Assembly: GCA_951406725.2 (NCBI GenBank)
Contig: OX597828.1
Coordinates: 29,388,001 to 29,452,000, forward strand
DNA from: Octopus vulgaris
Taxonomy: Eukaryota
Direction of reading: 5' to 3'
DNA: 64,000 nucleotides
Of this stretch, positions 38,923 through 52,874 are shown in pieces. Within the stretch, counting starts at the first letter, position 1; each line of letters begins with the position of its first letter. Under the pieces are notes generated by a model. It was not told where the DNA came from. It ran no database searches and saw nothing but the letters and a program-made list of their open reading frames with translations. The position numbers and the translations under genes were made by a program.

Positions 38923-39982
38923 TTACTTACATAGACATCTTACCTCCACATATATGTATGGTTAAATATCTAAGGCGGATTAGAGATACTAATATGACGC
39001 TAAGTGAATGGAAAAACATATAATAGTATTAGTTCACTTCATAGGAAATTTGAAATGGGGTGTATGATATATTAATTTAAGTAATGGCCAGGGTACACAC
39101 ACGTGAATATTCGTGTATAGTTATGTATTTCAGCTAATGCAGTGTATTTTATCTAGTTATGTATTTCATGGATGCGTGGGAATTTGAGCATTAAGATCGT
39201 ATATATAAGCATAACACACCGTGTATTAGAAAGCTTAAGATAAATTTTAAGTATTCTATTGATTTTTATGTCTTTCGCTGTGGAACTTGAAACAGATGTG
39301 TCAATGCATCATTAGTCAGTTTGCAGACAGAAGAATAAATACTTAAAGTTATTTGCTATAAGTTTTCTTTGTAGGCAGATAAGAAGCCAAAGATCTGTGA
39401 AACATGTCAGAACACTCTCCTTAATTTTTTTTCTGTATACGAAGAGAATATCTAGATGTATATACATCTGTTTATAGTTTCGTAGCGAAATGCTTAAAAA
39501 CCGTTGTTTAGTTACTTTAATTCATCTCGAAGCCTACGAGTTCATTCCGTGTGATATATACTTATTTTTCAATTACTCAATCATGCTGCCAACAAACGCA
39601 TATTATGTAATTAATCAAAAACATTGAATGCATCCATTGTATTAGTTATTTCAGGTTTTGTGAGTTCAGTGTGTGGCTCACGTGTTTGTTAAATTAATTC
39701 TACTATAAGATAACTGGTAATTTATGTACGGTACCGTACTTATATTTTCCCAGGAGAGGTTATTCTAAAAAAAACAAAAAACAGTTGGCGTTGCTAATAA
39801 GGAACGGTCTTTCCACATTGCCGAATTTTATTTTTGAGGTGGTATTTATCCAGTTTGTTATTCGAAAGTATCCATTGCAGAAATATACGAAAAGGATAAA
39901 ACTGAATTCTCTCCTATAGAAAATCGCGGAAAAGATGTATCTTCTTTTCATGACGTTATTATTTATAGTCAGAACGAAGACA

Positions 39983-40164
39983 GCAAGCTGGCAGAATCGT
40001 TACCGCGCCGTACAAAATGCTCGGTGACATTTCGCCCATTTATACGTTCTGAGTTCAAAATTCCATCGAGGTCCATAAAATAAGTTCTAGTCGAATACTG
40101 GGGTCGGTGTAAGCCATTTATCTTTTTCCCCGAAATTGCTGGCCTTGTGCCAAAATTTGAAACC
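39983..40164 (+). mobile_element. Family C SINE, internally deleted
   Basis: GCAAGCTGGCAGAATCGTTA...CGTTCTGAGTTCAAAATTCC...GCCTTGTGCCAAAATTTGAAACC. Confidence 0.8.
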
Positions 40165-41749
40165 GTTGCTATAGTCAGAATTTAAAACTTTTCAGTTGTG
40201 CACATATCAACTGTCATTCTCTTTTACAGTCTGGCTTTTAAAAATGTTTCTGTTTACACTTTAAGATACCGTATATATTGTGACAATGACGTTGGGCAAC
40301 TTATCATCGTGTTTGTAAATGAATGGATATATTGTTCATATCAGGCATTGACTGTAATTTCTGTCTACCCTATTTATACAATTTTAATTCCATCTGTTAT
40401 TCCACTTCAGGTGTATAAACTAGTACCGTTGATAGAGAGGAGATCAATGTATTTCTGAATTCGCATTCAAGTTGAGATCAAAGAGTGCTACTAGATTTTG
40501 TTATTGATAAAAATGTGTAAGCACATAATGTATTTCAAAAATATTAAATGCGTCTAATATCGTTTACATAAGGTTAACAGTAAACACCTTCAAAATCTGT
40601 TCTATACAACATATTAATGAATCATCTGAACCCACAAATGTAATTTCACAGTACTCTCACATTATATATAGAATCTTAAAAACAGAGGCGTGAACAATGC
40701 CATTAGAAAGTGGCTCATCGTCGAAAGTTCTATAGCGTAGAATAGGAACGACAAACTGTGCAGCCTATGTAACAACAACAACAAAAATTTAAAAAACTGC
40801 CAGTATATGCATGTATGTATGTATGTATGTATGTATGTATGTATGTATGTATGTATAGATCAGTACATTAATATAATTGTTAGACCATTGGATATAACAC
40901 TTTACTGGATTAATGTACCGTCTCTTACGTTCAAGTCGTACTGAAGGCAAAATTGAGTTTCCTGCTTCTGGGATCAATTAAAATAAGCACCAGTTTAGTG
41001 CTGGAATCGATAAAATCGACTGTTTCTTATTCAGAAGAAATCAATGTGATCGATCAATGTGTCAAGAGATATCTCCGATCTCTGAATAACCATACAATTG
41101 ATTATTTATTGTATGGATAAATGATTAGTTGTAATAAAATATGTTGTTTCGTAGTCGATTTAGTTCTTTGTATAAGAATGTGTCCCATACAAATCATAGT
41201 GATAGATTCTGTCTTCTTGCAAGTTATACACACGGTAATACTTCAATTCAGTATTACACAATGAATTAGTTATGTAATGCTGTCACTGTTTCTAGCTTGG
41301 AAGATTGATATAAGATTTGATATCTTCATATAACGTATTTTTTTCCTCATGTATGCCGGCGTTGGGCATAGTGTAAATATGTATAGTATACATTCAAATA
41401 TTGTCTTTTCAAAATCCTGCTGTATTTTACATCGATGTTTTTGTCCCCCAAAGTCGTTTTCGTGTATAAGTGGACCTACCTTTTTTAGCTGTAAATTTGG
41501 GCTTGAAAAATTTAATTTGTATGTCGGAGAATACAGTATACCTGAAAGGCGAGTGAACATTGAAAATTGAATAAATATCAGAGATGGTAGAAGAGGGCCA
41601 TCAATAAATATAAGACGCAAAGTAAAACTGTTTCATTCGCTCTTTTCCTATTTATAAATTCATCTTTCTGTCTTTGGTCTGAGAACCTGTTATATTTTTT
41701 TGCTGAATCAGGAAGAAAGGGCCGTGTCCAGGGCCTACACTATCCCGAG

Positions 41750-42170
41750 ATCGATGTGCTTAATGTTCCTCAAAAAGTCGCAATTTGACAGCTACAGGAA
41801 AAATATGAACAGGAAAGGAATTCCAAGGGGACAACATACATTGGAGGAAGAACTCTGTGTAGGGAAAGGTAACGAGGTAGGATTTGATGAACCCCTAATA
41901 TGTGTGGGGAAAGGAAAAGAAATTATTTAGTTGGTAGCAAGGCTGGGGTTGGCATGAGCTGATCTAGCAGCACTCTAATAGCGGCAGAAAAGGCAGAGAC
42001 ATGAGACAGAATATCTGTGGGCCAAAAGTTGTACATTTTTGGCGACCTATTTCATGTCACTCAATACAATAGGTTTTAGATGCAATTTGGGATGTTTATA
42101 CATTTGCCATATCAACACCTACCCATTAATTGGAGTAATATTCATTCGTGGGTCACGAAGTTTGTGGAGA
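41750..42170 (-). mobile_element. Decayed CR1/L2-group LINE 3' fragment
   Basis: Minus: LLAHRYSVSCLCLFCRY* ... FFLQCMLSPWNSFPVHIFP. Confidence 0.75.
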
Positions 42171-42220
42171 TTTAGAAATTTTGGGTAAGAAGAGGAGAAA
42201 TGTCTTCGAAAATCGATTAA

Positions 42221-42441
42221 CCCTTTAGTGTTCGCATTATTCTGCCAAAATTAATCCTTTTTTACCCACATTGTTTTGAACTAATCATTCATTATCTTGT
42301 AGCTATGAGATTTTGATGAGGTAGCTGTTAATTTTTTAAAAGATATTGTAGGGTTGGTGTGAGAGACCAGATCTGACCAGTTTGAACATAAAACAGGCAT
42401 CATACTTTAGGCCAGACATGGTCGGTTTAAACACTAAATGG
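42221..42441. mobile_element. piggyBac-type MITE, 221 bp (second copy)
   Basis: TTAA on both sides; colinear with 6436-6656. Confidence 0.9.
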
Positions 42442-42727
42442 TTAAGGTTGTTCTTCATTTTTTCAGTCTGCGGTGAAAGGGCTAAAATTTGCCCTGTTTA
42501 TATATGTTACCATATATTACATATATTTACTTTCATGGAGTTGCCGCACCAGGGATGTAAAAGATCCCCCACCCAGTTATTTACCTTTATGTACTCAGGT
42601 GTGCATATGAATACATACTCTTTTTCTTTTTCGTTTGTTTATAATTTTCATTATCTTAACCCCCTCTCCCCTTTATACACGAATTCTCGAACATTTACGT
42701 AGTATACATGTATACAGACAGAGACAT

Positions 42728-42961
42728 AAATACTTATTTCTTTACTATCCACAAGGGGCTAAACACAGAGGAAACAAACAAGGACAGACAAACGGATTAA
42801 GTCGATTATATCGACCCCAGTGCGTAACTGGTACTTATTTAATCGACCCCGAAAGGATGAAAGGCAAAGTCGACCTCGGCGGAATTTGAACTCACAACGT
42901 AACGGCAGACGAAATACCGCTAAGCATTTCGCCCGGCGTGCTAACGTTTCTGCCAGCTCGC
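42728..42961 (-). mobile_element. Family C SINE, near full length
   Basis: Close match to 2112-2351. Confidence 0.92.
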
Positions 42962-43302
42962 AGACGTAAATACTGTGATACTTCACATAGACACACACAC
43001 ACATACAACCATAGGTACAAAACCCACGCTTACACACACATACGCACAAACCTTCATACGTACAAAATCTATAAATACAGTCGTGCGGCCGTTGAAAACA
43101 AACTCGAAATCTCTGGTAATGTTGGTAAAAATATTACATTATCCTCAAGCAAAACAAAACTTACTGGATATGGGACGTTGGTTGCACCAGTGATCCATGA
43201 CAAAGTCCGTGGCCTTCGGTGTCTCTTACAAAGACCAAGAAAGTTATTAATTATTCGTAGATAAGATAATATAAATTATAAATTAATTATAAATGATTCT
43301 AG

Positions 43303-43460
43303 ATGCAGGCGTGGCTGTTTAATAAGCTTGCTTCCCTACTACCTGTTGCGGGTTTAATCCTAGCAGGTGGCATCTTGGGTGTCTTCTATAACAGTCCTGG
43401 GTCAACCAAAGCTTTGTGTGTGGATCTGGAAGATGGAAACTGAAAGAAGCCCATCGTGTA
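43303..43460 (+). mobile_element. Diverged family A SINE, 5' half
   Basis: GCAGGCGTGGCTGTTTAATAAGCTTGCTTCCC...GATGGAAACTGAAAGAAGCCCATCG. Confidence 0.75.
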
Positions 43461-43852
43461 TATATTATATAATGCATAGTTAATTTCTCGATTTAAAATC
43501 TTTATGGTTTAGTGTGTAGTATAATGCAATAAAAAAATGTTATATTTGGTGGGTCATGAAGTTGTCCTGTCCTTAAAACATTTTGTGGACAAACTTCTGA
43601 AAAAGCTTGTACGTGTCTATATTAGACAACTTACTGTTACACACACACACATACACATACACACACACACACGGAGGCGAACATAATACACTTACACATA
43701 CATAGACATACTGACACACTCACAACTATACCTAACACGTATAATAAACAAAAATTACATTTCACTTCATTATACGTAAAGAAATTAGACGTAAACAAAA
43801 CGACACCGGGTGTCACTCGGTAGTGGAGGACAAACATGACAACACACACACA

Positions 43853-44130
<278 letters not shown>

Positions 44131-44154
44131 CAACGGTACACAGGAGGTCACAGG

Positions 44155-44313
44155 GGGCTTCTTCACAGTTTCCATCTACGAAATTCACTTATAAGGCACT
44201 AGTCGACTCGGGGCTATACTAGAAGACACTTGGCCAAGGTGTCACGCAATGGGACCGAACCCGAGACCACGTGGTTACAAAGCGAGTTTTTTTAACCACA
44301 CAGCCAGGCCTGC
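44155..44313 (-). mobile_element. Diverged family A SINE, 5' half
   Basis: GGGCTTCTTCACAGTTTCCATCTAC...AGAAGACACTTGGCCAAGGTG...TTAACCACACAGCCAGGCCTGCA. Confidence 0.8.
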
Positions 44314-44740
44314 ATGTTTTTGACAGTCTGCGCAGCAACAATTTCTGCATTTGGCATCTTCAACTGGCAAGGGCAACAGCAGCAGCATAAGCTAGAAGAG
44401 CAACAATAAAAATAGCAGTAGTAACAACAACAACAACAACAATATTAATAGTTGTTTAAGTTGTAGTAGCAACAGCAGCAGCAGCAGCAGCACTATCGTA
44501 AGCAGCAGCTTCTGGAACCAGTGTAACAGCAACAGCAGCACTATAAGCAGTTGCGCATGCAGAAGCAACCAAACTACTGCATTGGTCCTGATTGCATTAT
44601 TGATTACGACAGGTTGTGCTGTGTTAGAGAGAGACAGGTGTGGGAATGACACGTGTAGAACAATGAATGGTTGTTGCTGTGATTGTGGCTGGGATTGTTG
44701 TTTGTTGTTTGTTTATTGCTGCTATTACGGCTGTTGTTGC

Positions 44741-44771
<31 letters not shown>

Positions 44772-45182
44772 AATGCTGTCGTTGTACAGGTCAGTCCCGA
44801 TAGAGGAAAACATTACTTTACAACCGAATACATTCCACCTTTTTTTAACAATCTCGTCTTTTTATTAAAACTATTAAAAAACACAATGAGTCTAAGACTC
44901 CATCGGTTTTTTTCCGGTATGATTTGAGGGAGACTTGGTTCCTATTTCTACTCTATCCACCGACCACGTTGTGTCTCCTTCGTTTACTCAATGAATGGGT
45001 TTTCTTACTGTTATTAGTATTGTTAATGTTATTGTTGTTGTTGTTTAGCCCAAGGCCAACCCTGATCGAGCAGGCCTATGATCAGATGCATTACAGTTGT
45101 GACGGTAGAGCAGAGGCCATTGACAACTTTTCTCTATTGTTCCCGATCTTGAGGCTGGAGGCCTTTCTCTCTTTCTCTCCCC

Positions 45183-45239
<57 letters not shown>

Positions 45240-46254
45240 AGTATGTGTATATATATATATATAGGGGGAGAGAAAGAGAGAGAAGGAGACAGTGAAGGAG
45301 AGAGAAAGAAAGAGAACCGAATAGTGTAAAATGGAACAAACGAAGCAGTGTTGGAGAGGTTAATTAAGTGAGCAGGCAAACCAAATCTGCCATCCCGATT
45401 CAACTTCTATTTTTAACTATTTTGATATTTCACGAACTCGATCAAAATTCGAGGAAAATATATGAATACAGCGAATCATATTTCTCCACCATTTCTTCTG
45501 GCCAGTAGAAGTGATCAGCAACTCATTGGTAGATACCGTTGATCATAAAAGGTCATTCTGTTTACTCTTATCAGTGAATCGATTGACTAGTCAACAGCTC
45601 AAAACTCGACACTAGTGAAGCACTTCGCAGTATTCACTCTCAAGTTCAGATGTCAAAACTATATTCTAATGGCGCGAAAGAGGCATTATTAATACTAAAA
45701 GGTAATTTTGATCCGCAGCTTAACGTGGAGTTTGTGTTAGAATACAAAACGATGCGTTATTTACTTTGAGAGGATCTCTCATATGGATTCGTGGTGCATA
45801 AAAAAAAAAAAAAAACACTCGTAACTATATCGCTGAGAGATGAGAATCGTCTGCTACGGCTGCCGGAATTGACAAATCACGTAATTTCACCCTGCTATAG
45901 GCTCCTCAGTGACAGATGTCTAGTAGCGGCATAACAGCTGAAACACCCCTCAACGATATATACAATATCAGAGACTATTTAGGCACTGCTATCGCAAATA
46001 GACTAAATTTGTGGAAGCAGTTGATGCATCAAATAACTAAAGTGTCCATAACTAAAGCAAAGAATAAATCAACGGGAAGCAAATCTATGTATTTATTATT
46101 CTTTCAACATTCTGTACTTAAATGCCAGCCTGAGAGTTTCATCGTGGTCACTTGACTTGCTATTAATAGCAGATAAATCTCCTTCAAACCTCACGTTGCT
46201 ATCTTTTGAAAGATGATGTATTTGAATATGCAGCCCGGGTTACACTGAAGTTGA

Positions 46255-46316
<62 letters not shown>

Positions 46317-46363
46317 TAATAATGAAAATAATAATAATAATAATAATAATAACAATAATAATG

Positions 46364-46411
<48 letters not shown>

Positions 46412-46438
46412 GTAATAATAATAATAATAATAATAATG

Positions 46439-46515
<77 letters not shown>

Positions 46516-46524
46516 TATAATAAT
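46255..46524. repeat. (AAT)n array
   Basis: About 90 AAT units. Confidence 0.95.
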
Positions 46525-47057
46525 GTTCTGATACAGTACCAGGCAGTGGCTCTCATGGCTTCTGATCTTAACTGATTGGAAGTCTTATCATATACATTGC
46601 TTTTGTCTTGATATAAAAGATGGGCTACAACAAATATTCTGCTCAATGCCACAGATTTGCGTGTCAGTTGTTTGACCTTAACTTGTTGAGCATGTCTCTT
46701 AGTGGCTGACGATGTGTGCATCTCTGATCACGAGCAGAAGTAGTGGGGGAGCATCGTAGCCATGTGTTGAGAGGAATTCTTTGGAAACATGGGTGTTTTG
46801 TTCATCATCCTTAAAGAACCCTTATTCAGGAACCTTTTGAGTAGGATGAGCTACTCGACCAGAAGAAAATTCTAACTGGGCTCCACCTGCAAGGTCATGT
46901 GCTGTTTATCTTGATATGAGATCACCATGTCGCGCACATATGGTTGTGATGCATGTGCCTGGTGTACCCTTATCAGACAGGTAGTCATGATGGGTATACT
47001 GGGCTTCGTATATTTTACCCCAGTGTCACATTGATGGCATGCACTGCTCTCTCACTC
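46525..47057. mobile_element. 533-bp element inserted in (AAT)n, probably a non-LTR retroelement fragment
   Basis: Complex, GC-richer sequence with sharp AAT arrays on both sides; no recognisable ORF. Confidence 0.5.
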
Positions 47058-47099
<42 letters not shown>

Positions 47100-47180
47100 C
47101 ATAATAATTTCATTTATTTGCCACAAGGTCGAAGGTTGAGGGGAACAATACAAAGACAAAGTGTGCTAATAATAATTGGA

Positions 47181-47241
<61 letters not shown>

Positions 47242-47929
47242 GGGTTTCAAATTTTAGACTCAAGGCCAGCAATTTTAGGAAGGGGGAAGTCGAATACATC
47301 GCCCCCATTGCTCGACAAGATTTCACATTTATTTACTGTGATTCTCTCATACTTTGGCAGTTCTGTGATTTATCTGCAATCAAAACGCTTCGTTAGGGGT
47401 GTTTAATAAAACCGAAACATGTCGGGAGTTCTCCCCCATACTTGTCGAAAATAACTGAAATGATAAATTTGCCATTGAGTTAATGTTGCTCTTTTTTTCC
47501 CTCCTAACGGGCACAATTATTTTTCTAATTATTTTTAAACACTTTACTGTTTATTAACGCTATTTTCTAATTAATTTCATGATTAGCGTTAACACATTAA
47601 CTATGCAGTTTCTGGTATTACTCGATGGTCTAAGTGTTCAAGACGGTATTGTATGTTGCGAGGGTTAATTGCTTGCAATTTCTAGCTGGCTAGGTGACAA
47701 TTTCGAGGCTCTCTCATTGGTTCGTTCATCTTCCAGTAAACTGCATACATAATTTGATACGAAGAAGGATTCGCTGGAATTCGAGCAATAACTGCACCGG
47801 AAGTTAACAGCAATTTTGTCTCATTCATTCATTCGACCGTTCGTTCAGGAAATCATTCATTCATTCATTCATTTATTCATTCGTTCGCTTAGGCATTCAT
47901 TCGTTCGTTCGTCCATTCATTTAGTTATT

Positions 47930-48580
47930 TGTTCGTTCAGGCATTCATTCATTCATTGATTCATTCATTCCCTTGTTCACTCACTCAGACATTCTTTCGT
48001 CCGATCGTTCGTTCGTTCTTTTATTATTCATTCATTCAGTCATACGTTCGTTCAGGCATTCATTCATTCAGTCATTCGTTGATTCATTCATTCCCTTGTT
48101 CACTCACTCAGACATTCTTTCGCCCTTTCGTTCGTTTGTTCCTTTATTATTCATTCATTCAGTCATACGTTCGTTCAAGCATTCATTCATTTGTCCGTTC
48201 CTTCATTCATTCATTCCCTTGTTCACTCACTCAGACATTCTTTCGTCCGATCGTTCGTTCGTTCCTTTATTATTCATTCATTCAGTCATTCATTCGTTCA
48301 GGCATCCATTCATTCAGTCATTCATTGATTCATTCATTCCCTTGTTCACTCACTCAGACATTCTTTCGTCCGATCGTTCGTTCGTTCTTTTATTATTCAT
48401 TCATTCAGTCATACGTTCGTTCAGGCATTCATTCATTCAGTCATTCGTTGATTCATTCATTCCCTTGTTCACTCAATCAGACATTCTTTCGCCCTTTCAT
48501 TCGTTCGTTCTTTTATTATTCATTCATTCAGTCATACGTTCGTTCAAGCATTCATTCATTTGTCCGTTCCTTCATTCATT
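47930..48580. repeat. 123-bp minisatellite (~5 units) built from (TTCA)n
   Basis: CCTTGTTCACTC anchor at 47971, 48094, 48217, 48340 and 48463. Confidence 0.95.
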
Positions 48581-49366
48581 CCTTTATTCGTTTGTTCATT
48601 CATTCATTCATTCATTCATTCATTCATTCATTCGCTTGTCTTTCCATTCTTTCATCCATTCGTTCATTTATTCATTCATTCTTTCCTTCTAGTATTCCTT
48701 AATTCAGTTATTCTTGTTTGATAAGTTTAAATCACGGAATGTAAGGCAGCAGTCTATTATATTGATAGTTGGCCTGGAGCTATTCAATCGTTCTTATTTT
48801 GATCTTGCTCCACTCAGCAGTCATGTATCCAAGTTAATGGCTTTTACGCGCGCCTTGCGTGTGCGTCCGTGTGCATAAGCGTGTTAATGTGGTGCGAAAG
48901 TGTTCGCAAAATTAAAATGAATGTACTTGACTTACTCCCATATAAATGTACTTGCCAACACGCTCGAGCTATTCGTCTTTAATCTCACTTTGTTTCTCGT
49001 GTCATAACTTGAGAAAAGAAAAGCGGCGAGCTGGCAGAGTTGTTAGCACGCTGGACGAAATGCTTAGCGGTATTTCGCCCTGATTTCTTAACGAATATTT
49101 TGGTCGTTGTCATTTGTCTTCTGGTCTATTCCAAGCTCTGGTAGCGTTACATTGAGAATATCTGGCAACAAACTTGCTTCGCATCCTAATTTTCTGAAAA
49201 ACGCAGAGATTTGCGGGGCAGTATTCATAGAGTGCTATTTCCATCCACTTTCTGCAAGTTTTCCAGAGTAGAATCTCCAAATCAAAACTGATTTATGATC
49301 ATAATGCTACTCTTACAGTTCTCTTAAATGCACAAACGTGTGTGTGTATGTGTGTGTTATATAATT

Positions 49367-49422
<56 letters not shown>

Positions 49423-51225
49423 ACTCACGCACACACGCCCACTGTTGTAATAGAACATACGGACTTCCATGAGTAAATTTCTTCTATATAGACATTGTGG
49501 CATACAATGCCTCGGCACGAGGCGATCGTGTTGATAGACTCAGTTAATATTTCAAATCTGATTTAATTCTGGCTTCTGCTAAGTCAAGAGGATATCTTTG
49601 CTTGCGTTAGGTGAAGATCCAAAGTCTTGTGTTCTATGTAACAACCCACACATGCATGCATATACACACATACAAACACACATATATAAATATACACATA
49701 CTCAACTCACATACAAACACACACACAAACACACACACACACACACACCGAGGCACAGCCACAGATATATACAAGTATCCTGGTATTCGTGAGAGTACTG
49801 TAAAGCGAATCGATAAGTTATTAGAGAACAATCTGAGTGGTCGCCAATTCGTATTCACAAAGCAACACTGCCTTATGTCCATGGTCAATAAATTTAGCTA
49901 TTAAACCGATGTCTTCAACTGGCTGAAAATCGGTGCTGCAGAGTAAGAATTAATCATTAGTGTAGGCAGTAGTTTCACAGGGAAATTGATGTGTATTTTG
50001 TGAATAGTGAGAGTAGCCTGAGGAGAGATACGAAGCAATACTGAACGAAAATAAATTCTTTACTGATTTTCATATGACCAATGGTTATGTGGGTTAAATA
50101 TCACCACTATATATGTGCATAGTTATATGTTTATTTATACGCGCGTAGAAGGCTTTAGCGTTGCTGATGTAACTGGTTGGAAATTACGAAAAAGCTCTCA
50201 ACAAATGGAATAAATATTTCATCTCTCCTTTCTATGAATTTTAGTTGATTAATATACATTCTTCGCCAATGTGATTCCTGAATTTTCAGAAGGATGGTGA
50301 CGTTGTTTTTATACCCTAATCTCAACATAGAGTTAGGTAAAAGATGAGTTCATTGTGAGCCAACGGCCATCCAGTTGGGGAAGGCAAACTACCCCCAATA
50401 TCTCTGTCAAGAAAACACTGACAAAGTCAGTACGACGTGATGCTATGGTTTTATCCTATGAACTGGGATTACTTTTGTTATAGTATCATCAACGTACTGC
50501 AAAAGCATCCGATCTATTGTGACGGTGGTGAATCTCAATTACTGCCTTTCTTCATAGCCGGATGCTTGGCGAAGAGCCTACTGTGAGTTCCGTTTGATTC
50601 TTTGAATCCCTATTCCTTTTGTGCGTATATATATATATATTTGAGTGTGTGTGTGTGTGTATAGCATTGCTCTGGAGCCTCAACTCCTCGATGGAAACGT
50701 GGAGGCACCGACGTGGAATAAGGCATGTCTTAGACATGGCGGATCCCATCGCTTTCGCTCCAGATTTGACCACGGCCAGTTTCTTCCAGAAGAAAGTCAG
50801 GCAGACAGAGATAAAGAAAAGAATTGATTCTTCCCTATAACTAGTGCAGTCGGAACGATTACCGCAAAGCACTGCATCCAAAACTCTAGCAACTCTGACA
50901 ATAAGCCCCCACCACCAACACACACATGCGCATGCACGCTCACCTCCCTCCCTCCTTCTCTCTCTCCCTCTATCTCCTCGTCTCTCTCAGACAAATTCAT
51001 TTTCAATAACTGCGTAAATATTCACTAACTCATTTTTTAGCGGAAGAATATAATCCATTTAATCGGTATCAGTAAATTACTGGTACGTATTTTAACTTAA
51101 AAGGTGACATGAATGTTTGTCGACAGGTTCAGTATTTCAAGGGACTCTATACTGACACTAAACTAGATATATGTATAGCGACCTGCGTGCATATACTTGT
51201 TTAAGCTGTGGATGCACTTTATTTT

Positions 51226-51615
51226 TTTACTTTTTTCAGTCATTTGACTGCGGCCATGCTGGAGCACCACCTTTAGTCAAGCAAATCGACCCCGGGACTT
51301 ATTCTTTGTAAGCCCAGTACTTATTCCATCGGTCTCTTTTGCCGAACCACTAAGTTACGGGGACGTAAACACACCAGCATCGGTTGTCAAGCAATGCTAG
51401 AGGGACAAACACAGACACACAAACATACACACACACAAACACAAACATACACACACACATACACATACATATTTACATATATACGACAGGCTTCTTTCAG
51501 TTTCCGTCTACCAAATCCACTCACAAAGCATTGGTCGGCCCGAGGCTATAGCAGAGGACACTTGCCCAAGGTGCCACGCAGTGGGACTGAACCCGGATCC
51601 ATGTGGTTGGTAAGC
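51226..51615 (-). mobile_element. Family A SINE, slightly 5'-truncated
   Basis: Reverse complement of 17221-17626. Confidence 0.9.
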
Positions 51616-51984
51616 ACTGTATAATTAACGTGCCTTTTGTTATTCTAATTAGAAGGAAATGCGCACCGCTTGGCAGGATTACCTTTGATGCTCGCATTAA
51701 ACTAAAGTTCATTTAGTTGTTCCTACGTTCCGCAACCTCTCATAACATCCGAGGAATAAACTATTTTACATTAATTAAGCAGAAAGCTCTAGATTTAGGG
51801 AAGTGATAACATGTGACATCCATATGTTTCACAAAGGTTGCATCTTTCATAAAAAAACAATGGCACTCTCTACTATATTGTGAGATTACTGTTATACATC
51901 TCTGTGTGCAAATGAGGTAATTTGGTACAGTTTTAGATTACTGTATACTCTATGCCACATAAAACAAAAAATATCGCCAAAAAA

Positions 51985-52280
51985 ATATGTTCTTCCCTTT
52001 CATTATGTAGTCTATCGCTATTGCAATGGTCTCTGATCTCCTACTTCTCTGAGTTAGTTGATTGCATGTCACTTCCAGCTGGGTCTCTGCATCTTATACC
52101 TGAGTATACCTCTCTTACTCTCCTGACTTCTTCTCTGTCTCATCATCCAGACTCTACGTTTCTTTTCCCCACATCACTAACTCCCTGGAATCACCTCCCA
52201 CACTACTGTATTTCCTGGAGATGTTGATTTTCACCAGTCTTAGAGAATCTGTGAAGGTAATGGACACGATTTCATGCTTT
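51985..52280 (+). mobile_element. Decayed CR1/L2-group LINE 3' fragment
   Basis: YRYCNGL, SELVDCM and FPTSLTPWNHLP motifs across frames. Confidence 0.6.
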
Positions 52281-52854
52281 TGACTAAATCGCAAAACATG
52301 GGGGATTTATAAGCGAGTACTGCTCTTCGTCTCCAAATAGATTCAAGTTGCAATTTACACTCTTCCCGCCTTAGTTCAGGTTGAATTTCAAAGAGTGGGA
52401 CTTTCTTGATAATAGAGACGTTAACATCCGCTATAATATAGACAATGCGCATTAATCTTCATCTCATATCAATATGAAAGAGGACTGTTATACGAAAGAA
52501 AGGAAGTGTTAACCAGGAAGGAAATGTTAGTAGTTAGCCTCAAAAAAATCGATAGATCGATCGGCGAATAGACTAATTTGTGCGAAAGATATGTTTATCG
52601 ACAACCACATATCAAATGTAAGCAACTATATCTATGCACATACAGTTATAAGGCGTATAAAGGTATATAAACACATTGTCAAGGAGAAGTGGAACATTTA
52701 ACCCAAGCATCGCTCACTCACATACAAACAGATGATGGCTGAAACTTGATTTTGAACAATGCAATCGATTCATTGTTCGATTAAAACAACACTGATATGG
52801 TTTTTCAATTCTACTTAACCATCACTCTTTTGTACAATTAAACATGTGGCAACG

Positions 52855-52874
52855 ATGGGCGCCTCTTGCAGCAG
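52855..52874 (+). CDS. Putative first coding exon (MGASCS, phase 2) of an unknown small gene
   Basis: ACG-ATG-G context (A at -3, G at +4); consensus donor CAG|GTGAGT. Confidence 0.4.

Noticed and set aside
42938-43264. ORF segment GNVGKNITLSS resembling an Ig-domain strand
   Set aside because: Lacks the conserved Cys and Trp, and the ORF begins in a SINE
44392-44773. Cys-rich toxin-like ORF (plus) and poly-Leu membrane-like ORF (minus)
   Set aside because: Composition derives from TGT/TTG/CAG triplet repeats; non-ATG starts and no splice support
47385-47425. GGT..ACC-GAAAC-AT-GTC hammerhead 3' half
   Set aside because: Upstream core (TTCGTTAGG) is too far from CUGANGA to call from one copy
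47929-48702. 257-aa and 239-aa repetitive ORFs; also considered as a CRISPR-like array
   Set aside because: Products of a 123-bp TTCA-derived tandem repeat; there are no unique spacers and the context is eukaryotic
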